Positions 1-9,956 of a stretch of 44,746 nucleotides of DNA are shown one piece after another. The DNA comes from Promethearchaeota archaeon (GTDB lineage: Archaea; Asgardarchaeota; Thorarchaeia; Thorarchaeales; Thorarchaeaceae), in the NCBI GenBank assembly GCA_048939765.1, contig JBHLPF010000026.1:1-44746 (forward strand), written 5' to 3'. Under the pieces are notes generated by a model that saw nothing but the letters and a program-made list of their open reading frames with translations, did not search any database and was not told the DNA's origin. Position 1 is the first letter of the stretch. Each line of letters begins with the position of its first letter. The position numbers and the translations under genes were made by a program.

Positions 1-639
1 AATAATTTCGCATATTGGAGTCATATACCCATTATCAACATGGAGGATGATATCTATCACCCCTGTCAGGGATTAGCCGATGTAATGACGGTGAAAGAGA
101 AGTTCGGGAAGTTCAAGGACGTTAAATTTGTCATGAGCTGGGCATACTCCCCGTCAGTTCACAAGCCTTTGGCTGTTCCACAGAGCGCAATCATTGCCGC
201 TACTAAGATGGGTTGTGATACAGTTCTCGCTCATCCCAAGGGCATGGAGCTGGATGACAAGATCCTGGATCAGTGTAGGGCGATGGCTGAGGAGAACAAC
301 TCAAGCTTTGAGATTATGTATGACATGGATGAGGCCTTTGAGGGCGCTCATGTTGTCTATCCGAAAGCATGGACATGCAAGGAGTTTATTCCGCCATTCA
401 ATGATAAGCCAGAACTTGATAAGTCACAAGAAGTCTTCGACAAGAATAAACATTGGATATGCGATGACGACAAGATGAAGATAGCTGGACCTAAGGCAAT
501 GTATATGCACTGCCTTCCTGCAGACAGAGGTTTTGAAGTAACAAACTCTGTGATTGACGGTCCACAGTCAATCGCATTCGATCAGGCTGAAAATCGACTT
601 CACGGACAGAAGGCAGTAATGGCTTTGACTATGAAATAG
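1..639 (+). CDS. YgeW-like (knotted) carbamoyltransferase, OTCase/ATCase superfamily; 5'-truncated by window edge
   Basis: Frame is open from position 1 (NNFAYWSHIPIINMEDDIY...). HPCQ and HCLPADRG motifs. WAYSPSVHKPLAVPQS resembles the YgeW WAYSPSxxKPLSVPQ loop. C-terminal DQAENRLH. No OTCase DxxxSMG motif. Confidence 0.85.
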   Translation, partial: NNFAYWSHIPIINMEDDIYHPCQGLADVMTVKEKFGKFKDVKFVMSWAYSPSVHKPLAVPQSAIIAATKMGCDTVLAHPKGMELDDKILDQCRAMAEENNSSFEIMYDMDEAFEGAHVVYPKAWTCKEFIPPFNDKPELDKSQEVFDKNKHWICDDDKMKIAGPKAMYMHCLPADRGFEVTNSVIDGPQSIAFDQAENRLHGQKAVMALTMK

Positions 640-643
640 ATGT

Positions 644-679
644 AGGTAGAACCTCGGTTCTACCTCCACCATCTTTTTT
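644..679 (+). terminator. Hairpin plus U-tract after carbamoyltransferase
   Basis: Perfect 9-bp stem AGGTAGAAC/GTTCTACCT with loop CTCG (644-665), followed by TTTTTT at 674-679. Confidence 0.65.
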
Positions 680-741
680 CCAATGCACCCCCGAATTAGT
701 GCTATATACCAAATTGTGAGATGAGAGTCTGCGGTGAACAG

Positions 742-1341
742 ATGACGGACCAATTGGAATTAATGGTGAAGTACTTGGTCCATCTCCAGTTCTATTCTGA
801 AGAGGATGATGTCTTATTCAACCGGGATAAAAAGGACAGACTCACAATTGAGGGCATTGGGCCTGTGGTAGCTTCTTTTGAAGAGGAGTTCAAACGTCAT
901 CTTAATCTCGTCCGAAAAAAGAAATACCGTGCATTTTTGGAAGCAGTGGCAGAAGAGATTCCTTACGATGTAGAATCTGTAATGATAGAGTTCAATGATA
1001 GTGTCCGTGAATTGGGAAGTCACAATCTCACAGATGAGTTGGCAGCCAACTTCCTGATTGGACCTATAAGAACGGCCCTACAGACAAGGGAGTTCGAGGC
1101 TTGCATTTCCAGAGCCAAGAGGGCTGCTATCGAGCAAATAAATGCAAACGATCCTGAAGATGTTGTTAATGAGAGGATATCTGATCTCTACTCACGCAAT
1201 GACTCAACTGTGTCAATGCTGTACAATCTCACTTTGCTTCGATTCTTGGCTTCCCTATACGCATCAAATATGACTAAGCAGCGAGTTAATCGGATAGTCG
1301 AACTCTATAGTAAGGAGCTTGTGGCCAAACTATCTACCTGA
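742..1341 (+). CDS. Hypothetical soluble, largely alpha-helical protein
   Basis: ORF track gives 721..1341. ATG at 742 is preferred because GGTGA precedes it and there is a TATA-like CTATATA near 702. No recognisable motif. Confidence 0.7.
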   Translation: MTDQLELMVKYLVHLQFYSEEDDVLFNRDKKDRLTIEGIGPVVASFEEEFKRHLNLVRKKKYRAFLEAVAEEIPYDVESVMIEFNDSVRELGSHNLTDELAANFLIGPIRTALQTREFEACISRAKRAAIEQINANDPEDVVNERISDLYSRNDSTVSMLYNLTLLRFLASLYASNMTKQRVNRIVELYSKELVAKLST

Positions 1342-1699
1342 TTCTATCCAGATCCAAGACTTGGTGGTGTTGCAGGGGACAGGACCCCCACAACGAATCC
1401 AAGAAGATCCAATTTGGAAGGCTAATAATTCCAGAGCTACGCGACCCCACAACGGAGTGATCCGGGCCCGTCGTTGGAGATGATTCAATGAATGTGACTT
1501 CGTTGCTCATCCCTTTTGAAGGAGCGATGATGGTTCATTGTCCTTCATCTTTTATAACATGTATCGGCAGAATATGAGGATGGGATTTCCAGCAATCTAG
1601 GTGCACAGTTGGACTCATTCACGGCGCCAGGCGTAAGTAGTATCTGATTCACTCTTCACGCAAGGCGACTCATGAATGTATCAACATAGTGTTCAATTG

Positions 1700-2560
1700 T
1701 CAGGATTCCACATCAAAGGCTCTGACTATCATGAACATTGAGAGTCCAATGAAGAATAGGATCATGCACAGAGAAACGAGAAACCATCTGCCGGAGTAAT
1801 CTGTAAGGACATAGTAGGCTCCGAATTGGCCCCTAGCCGCTATCAGCCCGGAGGCGGTGCCAACAAATTCAATGACCATTGTCATCAGGATGATTGCTGC
1901 TGCTGCACCACACAAGTATGCTCCTCTCTTCAGCCAACTTGATGCACTCATTGGAGTATTGGGTTGACTCGTGATAGTGCCGGTCATAGGCTCATCAATA
2001 GGGGCAACTTTGCTTGCGGCTCTTATCAGTCTGGCATCGTGAATGCTGTTTATCCTAGCACTTACCTGCCTCTTGAAATCTCGCCAACTGAAATCATCAG
2101 TCCTGCTCAATAGCTTGTCAAACATGATAAAGCCTAGGACGAAGGTAGCGAATCCTATCCAGATCGGTGGATATAGTGATATGTAGAATGGGATGAAGTA
2201 ATAGGTCACGTTATATGCCGCCATCGCGACTCGCAATGCAATGATTAGAGCCAACCAGGATGAGTCGGGTCCGCGAACGTCCTTTCTAGTGTGCAGATAA
2301 TATGAACCCGCGAGCATGCTGAACAGAGCGAATCCACCGATATTCATCAAGGCCCAGACTGGCCAAAGGCCGGCACTTAGGAAGAACTGTGTTATTGGAT
2401 TGAATTCGATCTCCCATCCCAGTTGCCACGTCACGAGTAGAGTGAATGCGGCGTCAATGATACCAATTGGAATGAGGAGTAACACGAGGTTACGGATCCA
2501 GCGCGTTCCCCACCACATCGTGCAGAATTGTTTCGGCGTGATTGTACTCAATGATCTCAT
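1700..2560 (-). CDS. Multi-pass membrane protein with N-terminal DUF5658-like domain
   Basis: About 6 hydrophobic segments. IDAAFT...EFNPI matches the D-x3-T...E-x-N-P pattern of DUF5658. Confidence 0.65.
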   Translation of the reverse strand: MRSLSTITPKQFCTMWWGTRWIRNLVLLLIPIGIIDAAFTLLVTWQLGWEIEFNPITQFFLSAGLWPVWALMNIGGFALFSMLAGSYYLHTRKDVRGPDSSWLALIIALRVAMAAYNVTYYFIPFYISLYPPIWIGFATFVLGFIMFDKLLSRTDDFSWRDFKRQVSARINSIHDARLIRAASKVAPIDEPMTGTITSQPNTPMSASSWLKRGAYLCGAAAAIILMTMVIEFVGTASGLIAARGQFGAYYVLTDYSGRWFLVSLCMILFFIGLSMFMIVRAFDVES

Positions 2561-2675
2561 GATGACACCCTTTGTCAGTCATCAATTGAGGCACACCATA
2601 TAACCGTTGGTTTCACAGTAATTTGGTTTCAATTCACATTCGCAAGTGACATGACAGAAAGGGCTGTGACATTGC

Positions 2676-2716
2676 AGAAAAAAAAGAAAGGAGGGCAGAG
2701 GGTCACAACCCTCTGC
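2676..2716 (-). terminator. Hairpin plus U-tract downstream of substrate-binding protein gene
   Basis: Perfect 9-bp stem GCAGAGGGT/ACCCTCTGC (2695-2716), followed on the minus strand by a long pyrimidine/U run. Confidence 0.7.
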
Positions 2717-2747
2717 GTATTCTTTGAACTATCGAGTCCATGAGATA

Positions 2748-4643
2748 CTAGTAGTTCGTATAGTCCTTGTACACGTGGTAGATGTAGTAGTACGAGGGCA
2801 TTGTGTTGTATCTCATTCCGATACCTTTGAGCCATGCTCTGAACGTCGTGAACTCCCTACCTGAGTAGAGGTACAGCGATGGTTGATCGTATGCAGCGAG
2901 GTCCTGGATCTCGTTGTAGATGTCCTGCCTTGCAGCTGGGTCGGTTTCGGCCCTGCCTTCAACAATTAAGGCGTCCATCGCAGTGTTGTTGTACCCCTGC
3001 TGGGCAGCAAATGTGCCTCTGGAATGCAGGTATGGCGTTACGAAGTTGTCAGGGTCAGCGTAGTCAGCACCCCAACCGACGAGCCAGATTGGAAGCTCTC
3101 CGTTCTCTTCCTTCTCTAGGAAGTTGGCCCACTCAAGGGCATTGACCACAATCTCTGGTGTGCTGTCCAAGCCTGATGTATTGACGGTCGGGCTTCCGAG
3201 CGCCATCATGGCCTCGAATCCGTCCTTCAACAGCAGACAGGCCTGCTCACGCAGAGTGTTGCCTGAGTTGTAGTAGAGCAGAAGCTTGTTATCAACCTGG
3301 TTCATGATGTCCACAAATGCAGAATCGTTCATGGCTTCGTTCCAGAAGGTAGCTGCAGTCTCAGGGTGGAGCCCTTCGGTCCAATAGCTAGCGTTCTGGT
3401 AAGGCATCCCGGCCGGAATCGGACCTTGTGCCTTGAATGACCATCCTCTCGTTACCGCATTGATAAAGGAATCGAAGTCGAATACATTCGCAAGTGCCTT
3501 CCGGAGTCCTCTGGTGGCAAATGGCGACTGGATTTCGAAGGTGTTCGTTCCAATAGTCCAGTTCATCACACCCAGCTGGAATGAGAATGCCATGACCACG
3601 AATGCGGTGCCACCAGTCCTGAAGAAGATGTTCGCATCGTTGCTACCCATTGTGACATTGTCATAGATCTCATCTGCGTGGGTTGTTGGCCAGTAGGTGT
3701 CGTCAACAATTCCAGTCTTGAGGTTCAGATTCATGCTTGTCTGGTCCTCGTTGGTCCTGCGCCAGATCTCCTTGATTGAGCCAGCATAGGAAGGAGGTGC
3801 GATTGCAGCCTCAGTGGCGTCAGCTCTCCAGTAGTCCTCGTTTAGGACCAATCTGACGAACTCGCCAGTCCTCCACTCTACTGATTGGTAGGGGCCGGTG
3901 CCCATAGTGTGGTTGTACATCCAGCTGAATTCCTCACCGTAGTCGACTCCGTACTTGGCTCCAGCAGTCGTTGCATGCGCCTCTGCATATGTAGGACTGA
4001 TCATGCATCCAATTGTGTAGGTCATTGCTGGGATAAAGTATGCAGCCGGTCCAGCCAGTCTGTAGGTGATCTCGTAGGTGCCGGTCGCCTCAACTGCATC
4101 TGTGGCATCCCAAGCATCGAATGCGTCCATGAACTCTTGTGAGGTCGGGCCGAATTCAAATGCCGCGTCCTCCACTGCCAGTCCACCCTTTATCGGTTCG
4201 GCGATCATCCACACTGGACCAGCGGTACGGAACATCTTCATTGCTCGCTTGAAGTTCCACACAGCTGCAGTGGCGTTGAATGGAGTCCCGTCAGCAAACG
4301 TGACGCCTTGCCTGAGTGTAATGGTGTAGACGGTGCCGTTCTCGGTTATGACAGGGTCATCTGCAGCCAATAGCGGTACGGTCGGGTTTACGTCGGGGTG
4401 GTCCCCACGCTCACCAGTACCCCACGGGTACGTATAGAGCGTTTCGTAACTCTGATCAATTATCTCGCCACTCCCACTGTCGTAAGCGACGTGCGGGTCA
4501 AAATAGCGGGGATTGCCTATTGTTTCATAAACGTAGATGTCCTCCGGCGGTCTCGTCGGCTGACTCATGAAAACAAAGGCAACGCCAGCGCCCGCAATCA
4601 CTATTACGATCACTACGATGGCGATCATTTGGTTTCTTTCCAA
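2748..4643 (-). CDS. dppA: Family-5 (Opp/Dpp) ABC substrate-binding protein with N-terminal membrane anchor
   Basis: Motifs FDPHVAYD, YETLY, PLLA, YTITLRQGVTFADGTPFNA, GTGPY and GWGADYADPDNF. Hydrophobic N-terminal anchor (IAIVVIVIVIAGAGVAFVF). Many N-x-S/T sequons. Confidence 0.93.
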   Translation of the reverse strand: MERNQMIAIVVIVIVIAGAGVAFVFMSQPTRPPEDIYVYETIGNPRYFDPHVAYDSGSGEIIDQSYETLYTYPWGTGERGDHPDVNPTVPLLAADDPVITENGTVYTITLRQGVTFADGTPFNATAAVWNFKRAMKMFRTAGPVWMIAEPIKGGLAVEDAAFEFGPTSQEFMDAFDAWDATDAVEATGTYEITYRLAGPAAYFIPAMTYTIGCMISPTYAEAHATTAGAKYGVDYGEEFSWMYNHTMGTGPYQSVEWRTGEFVRLVLNEDYWRADATEAAIAPPSYAGSIKEIWRRTNEDQTSMNLNLKTGIVDDTYWPTTHADEIYDNVTMGSNDANIFFRTGGTAFVVMAFSFQLGVMNWTIGTNTFEIQSPFATRGLRKALANVFDFDSFINAVTRGWSFKAQGPIPAGMPYQNASYWTEGLHPETAATFWNEAMNDSAFVDIMNQVDNKLLLYYNSGNTLREQACLLLKDGFEAMMALGSPTVNTSGLDSTPEIVVNALEWANFLEKEENGELPIWLVGWGADYADPDNFVTPYLHSRGTFAAQQGYNNTAMDALIVEGRAETDPAARQDIYNEIQDLAAYDQPSLYLYSGREFTTFRAWLKGIGMRYNTMPSYYYIYHVYKDYTNY

Positions 4644-5044
4644 TTTTCTTCCTCCAAAAGGAGATACTCTCTCTGATGGCTAGCCATCATTGATACTTGA
4701 GGGTCATTGATTGTCCCCCATGTAAGGAAATTTTCATGTGGCATTTGCTAATATACATTGCGGACAATTAGTAGGTGTTCGCAAGCACACAAGAAGAGTG
4801 AAATAGTGTTCCCATGGCGCGAGCGCTTCTCTTTAGGCTGAGTGAAGAATTGATCAGGAATACTGGTTTTGGGATAAATGACTCAGATGCGGAGCATTCT
4901 TGGTGGGTCTTCCAATAGCCCACCCTTTTGGCTTCATAATTATACTCACAACCAAACTCTTAAATTAGTGCTATTTAGGCTCTGCTGTCTGTAGAGTGGA
5001 GTGGCGCCTTATCGGTATACTCCTTCACGTGAAGTGACCTGAAG

Positions 5045-6070
5045 ATGAAATTGAGAGACTATATCTTGAGACGGGTTCTGCTGTCGATTCCGGTAATAAT
5101 TGGAGTCTTGGCAATCACGTTTGTGCTGGCTTATGTTATTGGCAATCCTGTTGCAATGTATATCGATGAGAAGACTCCGTCTACTGCAATCCCAGGCATT
5201 ATGGCTCAACACGGGCTTGATCAGCCTATCTATATTCAATTCTTCTATTACCTTAGGGACCTGTTTCAAGGAGACTGGGGGTATTCTCGTACCTCTGGCG
5301 CAACTGTGATTGTCACAATCCAAAGGTTCTTCCCTGCCACCATTGAGCTCTCCATTTTCGCCATGGTCATATCTGTTGGTGTGGGCATTCCGCTGGGGAT
5401 AGTTTCGGCTACTCGAAAAGACAAACTTGCAGACCACGTGACTCGGGTCATTTCACTTCTTGGAGTGTCTATGCCTATATTCTGGTTTGCACTGATGCTC
5501 AAATACGTGCTCTATTACCAGTTCTTCATCTGGGGCTTGCCTCACATGCCTGATGGGTACAGATATTCATTCATCTATCTTCCTTATGATCCAATTACGA
5601 ACTTCATCCTCATTGACTCAATCATTACAGGTAACGGTGTACTGTTCTTTGATGCTCTCCTGCATATAGCAATGCCTGCCGTTTGCTTGGGCTATCTTGT
5701 CCTCGCTGTGATCACGAGGATGATGCGGTCAAGCATGCTTGAAGTCATGAAGGAGGACTACATAACTCTGGCACGGTCCAAGGGGCTGAGAGAGAGAGTG
5801 GTGATCTATCGGCATGCTTTGAGAAATGCGATGATCCCCACGATGACAGTCATAGGGCTTGCGTTCGGGGGCCTGATAACAGGAGCAGTGCTTACAGAAA
5901 CCATCTTCCAATGGCCGGGCCTTGGACGTTGGGCAACAACTGCGATACTCACATCAGACATACCAAGCATCAATGCATTCACACTCTTAGTCGCCTTCAT
6001 CTTTGTGACCGCCAACCTGATGGTCGACCTAATATACGGAGTGTTGGACCCAAGAATTCGATTTGGATAG
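5045..6070 (+). CDS. dppB: Peptide ABC permease, DppB/OppB type
   Basis: Motifs YILRR, GLDQPIYIQF, RFFPATIEL, EAA-like loop DYITLARSKGL, ETIFQWPGLG and LDPRIR. Confidence 0.95.
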   Translation: MKLRDYILRRVLLSIPVIIGVLAITFVLAYVIGNPVAMYIDEKTPSTAIPGIMAQHGLDQPIYIQFFYYLRDLFQGDWGYSRTSGATVIVTIQRFFPATIELSIFAMVISVGVGIPLGIVSATRKDKLADHVTRVISLLGVSMPIFWFALMLKYVLYYQFFIWGLPHMPDGYRYSFIYLPYDPITNFILIDSIITGNGVLFFDALLHIAMPAVCLGYLVLAVITRMMRSSMLEVMKEDYITLARSKGLRERVVIYRHALRNAMIPTMTVIGLAFGGLITGAVLTETIFQWPGLGRWATTAILTSDIPSINAFTLLVAFIFVTANLMVDLIYGVLDPRIRFG

Positions 6071-7390
6071 GTGATTTATGAGATGGAAGAAGAAACGTCA
6101 CAGAGCACTGTCACTGAAGTAAGGATTTCTGCGAGAGATGAATTCGAACCGCAAGGTCGATTTATTGGATTAATCCAAATTGCAGTAGCTATTTTTGGCA
6201 TTGGATTGAGTCTTGTACGACTCTCGCTGGAATTTCTGTCACCTGATACCAACCTTGGGCGCCAGATTGGAATGACTGTTCTAAATGTGGTACCCATTGT
6301 GTTTGCTGCAATGTACATGATATCTTCAGCCAATTCTGTGCGTAGGGCAGAATTCTGGAACTTCATTTCATTCGTCTATAGCAATATTATCGCCATGATT
6401 CTGAGCCTATTAATAGGTGATATAATGCTGCTATTGATCCTTGGAAATGTATTGAACATCGCCCTTATCATGAGACCATCGGTTCGAGAGTATTGGTGGG
6501 GGTTGTTCATGGAGGATATGGGTCCACGCATGAAGGAGACGCGATATAGCCTGTATCTCATCCGGAAGAGTCCGCTCGTCCTAGTCGGCATAGTGATTCT
6601 CGTGGGGTACGCTCTCCTCGGCATCTTTACTGAGTGGATTGCCCCATTTGGTCCAACTGAGAGAATCTGGACCGAGACTTTCTTGCCTCCTGGCAGTGTA
6701 AGTGCAGACGGGAGAATGCACTGGTGGGGTACGGGCCAGAGTGGTGGTGATATATTCAGCCGAGTTCTATGGGCCATCAGAGTCGATCTTCGCATAGCAT
6801 TCTCAGTGGTAGTAGTTGGAATTATCATTGGTACTTTTATTGGGGCCGCTGCAGGATATTTTGGTGGCGCGGTTGACGAAATCATGATGCGAATCACTGA
6901 TGTCTTCTTTGCATTTCCTGGGCTCATCCTTGCTATGGCCATCGTGGCAGCATTGGGCGCGAGGAACTTGGACAATATCGCGGTCGCGTTAATGATTGTG
7001 TGGTGGCCCGGTTATGCGCGCCTTGTACGAGGTCAGGTCTTGCTTGAACGGGAGAAGCTATATGTTGAGGCGGCAAGGTCAGTCGGTGCTTCTGACTTTA
7101 GGATCTTGGTGACGCATATGCTGCCCAACACAGTTCAACCAATGATAGTTTCGGCGACGCTAGATTTGGGAGGCGTACTGTTGACCGCCGCTGGACTCAG
7201 CTTCATTGGCTTCGGAGCCGAGGCCGGAAGTGCCGAGTGGGGTCTAATGATTGCCCAGGGGCAGAATCACTTCCAACTGTTCTGGCTGGTCTTCTTTCCA
7301 GGTATGGCAATCCTTCTTGCCTCATTAGCCTTCAATCTCATAGGCGATGGTGTTAGGGATATACTTGATCCCAAACTTAGAAGACGATGA
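6071..7390 (+). CDS. dppC: Peptide ABC permease, DppC/OppC type, with extra N-terminal TM domain
   Basis: Motifs HWWGTGQSGGDIFSRV, MRITDVFFAFP, YVEAARSVGAS and GDGVRDILDPK. About 150 extra N-terminal residues with 3-4 TM segments. Start may be ATG 6083. Confidence 0.93.
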   Translation: MIYEMEEETSQSTVTEVRISARDEFEPQGRFIGLIQIAVAIFGIGLSLVRLSLEFLSPDTNLGRQIGMTVLNVVPIVFAAMYMISSANSVRRAEFWNFISFVYSNIIAMILSLLIGDIMLLLILGNVLNIALIMRPSVREYWWGLFMEDMGPRMKETRYSLYLIRKSPLVLVGIVILVGYALLGIFTEWIAPFGPTERIWTETFLPPGSVSADGRMHWWGTGQSGGDIFSRVLWAIRVDLRIAFSVVVVGIIIGTFIGAAAGYFGGAVDEIMMRITDVFFAFPGLILAMAIVAALGARNLDNIAVALMIVWWPGYARLVRGQVLLEREKLYVEAARSVGASDFRILVTHMLPNTVQPMIVSATLDLGGVLLTAAGLSFIGFGAEAGSAEWGLMIAQGQNHFQLFWLVFFPGMAILLASLAFNLIGDGVRDILDPKLRRR

Positions 7391-7547
7391 GTTCGGGGGA
7401 CGAGACTATCCCAACCAGAGAAGCATACATTGGGTCAACTACTCGCTGGCAGAAATCAGTGATTGGAAACCGGAGTTGTCCACATGACTTACAGGAGCAG
7501 TGGCCAAGCAACAAAAACAGAGCGCTCACACCTAGGAGTGGTGCGCA

Positions 7548-7566
7548 AAGGAAACTACTTATATCA
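7548..7566 (+). promoter_or_regulatory. Putative internal archaeal promoter (BRE/TATA) upstream of the ATPase genes
   Basis: Purine-rich AAGGAAA followed by CTTATATC (7558-7565) within the ~250-bp gap between dppC and dppD. AGGAGG RBS at 7627-7632. Confidence 0.4.
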
Positions 7567-7642
7567 GATACTATGCGGAGCGAACAGAAATTGACAGTGA
7601 CCCAAGACTCCACTTATGTGCAAAACAGGAGGAAGATAGACA

Positions 7643-8869
7643 GTGGCTACATCTGAAAGCAAAACTGGAACTGACAATGACAACACATTGCTGGAAACGG
7701 ACCCTGATGTGGTTCTCGACATTCGCGACCTGAAGACATCCTTCTATACATACGAAGGTGTCGTGAGAGCACTCGATGGTGTCACGGTTGAACTTAGGCG
7801 TGGACAGACTCTCGCACTCGTTGGCGAAACAGGCTGTGGGAAGAGTGTGACCGCCAAGTCGATTATGCGTCTTGTTGAATCGCCGGGCAAAATCGAGCAT
7901 GGTCAGGTGATTTTCCAAGATCTAGATGCGGATGGCAATAGGCAATTCAGGGATCTCCTGAAATTGAGTGTCGATGAGATGATGCACATAAGAGGGAATA
8001 AGATCGCTATAGTCTTTCAGGATCCAGCGACATATCCGAATCCTGTCTTTCGCGTAGGTTCACAGATCGCCGAGGTAATCTCACTTCACCAAGATCAGGC
8101 TCGAGATGTTGTTGAGATGAAGATTCAGGAACTGGAGGATGCACTCGCTAAGAACCCAGCTGCACCTCAAGCCGAGGAAATACAGACAAGAATCGAGGAA
8201 TATCGTGCGCAACTAGACGATCCTCCTCCGCCAAGTTCTGGCGACATCAAGAAGGTGGCCAACAAGAAGGCTGTGGATATGCTAGCGCTTGTAAGAATGC
8301 CTTATGCTGAAGAAGTGGCCAAGCAGTACCCTCACGAGTTATCTGGTGGTATGAGGCAGAGAGCTCTGATCGCCATGGCATTGGCTTGCTCTCCGGAGAT
8401 ACTAATCTGTGACGAGGCTACCACTGCCCTGGATGTTACTGTGCAGGCCCAAGTGCTCAAACTCCTAAATGACCTCAAGAGCGAAATCGGAGCTTCTATA
8501 ATTATAATCACACACGACCTCGGTGTTGTAGCTGAGACTTGCACAAATGTTGCAGTGATGTACGCGGGCGTTGTTGTTGAATATGCCTCAACCGACGAGT
8601 TGTTCAGTGATCCCCTTCATCCGTATACTTTGGGTCTACTGAAAGCAATCCCGAAACTGACTGAGAAGGAAGACCGACTTCTTCAGATTCTAGGTACAGT
8701 GCCAAATCTAATTAATCCTCCAACAGGCTGTAGATTTCATCCGAGGTGTGAATTTGCTACGGGCATCTGTTCCGAGAAACGTCCTCCCAGAGAGGAGATG
8801 AAACCCGAGCACTGGGTGGAATGCTTCCACCCGCAGGGATCAATGATTGGCAGGGGTGGTAAACAATGA
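7643..8869 (+). CDS. dppD: Peptide ABC ATPase, DppD/OppD type, with helical insertion
   Basis: Walker A GETGCGKS, signature LSGGMRQR, Walker B ILICDE, and C-terminal oligo_HPY domain (HPYT...GCRFHPRC...C...C). Confidence 0.95.
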   Translation: MATSESKTGTDNDNTLLETDPDVVLDIRDLKTSFYTYEGVVRALDGVTVELRRGQTLALVGETGCGKSVTAKSIMRLVESPGKIEHGQVIFQDLDADGNRQFRDLLKLSVDEMMHIRGNKIAIVFQDPATYPNPVFRVGSQIAEVISLHQDQARDVVEMKIQELEDALAKNPAAPQAEEIQTRIEEYRAQLDDPPPPSSGDIKKVANKKAVDMLALVRMPYAEEVAKQYPHELSGGMRQRALIAMALACSPEILICDEATTALDVTVQAQVLKLLNDLKSEIGASIIIITHDLGVVAETCTNVAVMYAGVVVEYASTDELFSDPLHPYTLGLLKAIPKLTEKEDRLLQILGTVPNLINPPTGCRFHPRCEFATGICSEKRPPREEMKPEHWVECFHPQGSMIGRGGKQ

Positions 8870-9897
8870 GCGCGAATGAGCCTCTTATCGAAGTTAGGAA
8901 TCTAAAGAAGTATTTCCCCCTCACCGGCGGCGTGTTCAGGAAAGTAATAGGTTATGTGCATGCTGTTGATGATGTCAGCTTCGACATCTACAAAGGTGAA
9001 ACACTGGGTCTTGTGGGTGAGTCTGGCTGTGGGAAAACCACGACCGGACGGACGGTTATCCGACTTATTCCTCCAACATCAGGCCAAATATTCTTTGAGG
9101 GTGAGGACATTACTGAACTCAAGGGTCGAGGATTGCGCAAGATACGCAATCGAATGGGAATCGTCTTCCAAGACCCAATGGCATCCCTCGATCCACGATC
9201 GACAACGAAGTCCGCAGTTGGTGAGCCTCTACTTGTAAATGGAATTGCAAGGGGATACCGACTCCGGACCATGGTGCTTGAACTGCTTGAGAAGGTTGGA
9301 CTCAGCGAGGACCACCTGAATAGGTTTCCCCATGAGTTCAGCGGTGGTCAGCGGCAACGGATTTGCATTGCCCGAGCACTGGCTCTAAGACCGAAATTCG
9401 TTGTAATGGATGAACCCACCTCAAGTACTGATGTTTCTGTTCAAGCTCAGACGCTGAATCTCATGAAGGACTTGCAAAAGGAGTTTGACCTGACATATTT
9501 GTTCATCTCTCACAACCTGAGCGTAGTCAAACACATGAGCGACAGAGTTGCTGTGATGTATCTAGGCCAAGTTGTGGAGCTGGTTCCAGGCGACATATTC
9601 AAGGAGGCATTGCACCCCTATTCCGCAGCACTAGTTTCAGCTGTGCCTGTGCCTGATCCAAAACTCCGAGGACGTGCACAAGTCCTTGCAGGAGAGGTGC
9701 CGAGTCCGATAAGTCCTCCGACTGGATGTCGTTTTCATCCAAGATGTAGGTTCGCCAAAGAGATATGTAGTACTGACTTGCCCCCTCTAGAGGATGTTGG
9801 AGATGGACATTTGGTTGCTTGTCACTTTGCGGGCGAATTGGATCTGGGCTACAAGGATGAAATCACGGTCAAGTCGACTGCTTCAGCTAGGGCGTAG
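8866..9897 (+). CDS. dppF: Peptide ABC ATPase, DppF/OppF type
   Basis: Motifs [26 protein letters not shown] and [12 protein letters not shown] overlap with the upstream gene. Confidence 0.95.
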   Translation: MSANEPLIEVRNLKKYFPLTGGVFRKVIGYVHAVDDVSFDIYKGETLGLVGESGCGKTTTGRTVIRLIPPTSGQIFFEGEDITELKGRGLRKIRNRMGIVFQDPMASLDPRSTTKSAVGEPLLVNGIARGYRLRTMVLELLEKVGLSEDHLNRFPHEFSGGQRQRICIARALALRPKFVVMDEPTSSTDVSVQAQTLNLMKDLQKEFDLTYLFISHNLSVVKHMSDRVAVMYLGQVVELVPGDIFKEALHPYSAALVSAVPVPDPKLRGRAQVLAGEVPSPISPPTGCRFHPRCRFAKEICSTDLPPLEDVGDGHLVACHFAGELDLGYKDEITVKSTASARA

Positions 9898-9956
9898 CTC
9901 TTGGTGTCACCGATTATTATGATAATAGTACTGCGGAGAATACGGACAACGTTTGA

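Noticed and set aside
1330-1548. Possible selenoprotein by UGA read-through on the minus strand (MKDNEPSSLLQKG-UGA-ATKSH...)
   Set aside because: No redox-motif context, no resemblance to known archaeal selenoproteins, and no convincing SECIS.
7387-7656. 89-aa ORF between dppC and dppD
   Set aside because: Atypical composition, overlaps the dppD RBS and start, and contains a promoter-like element; not called as a CDS.
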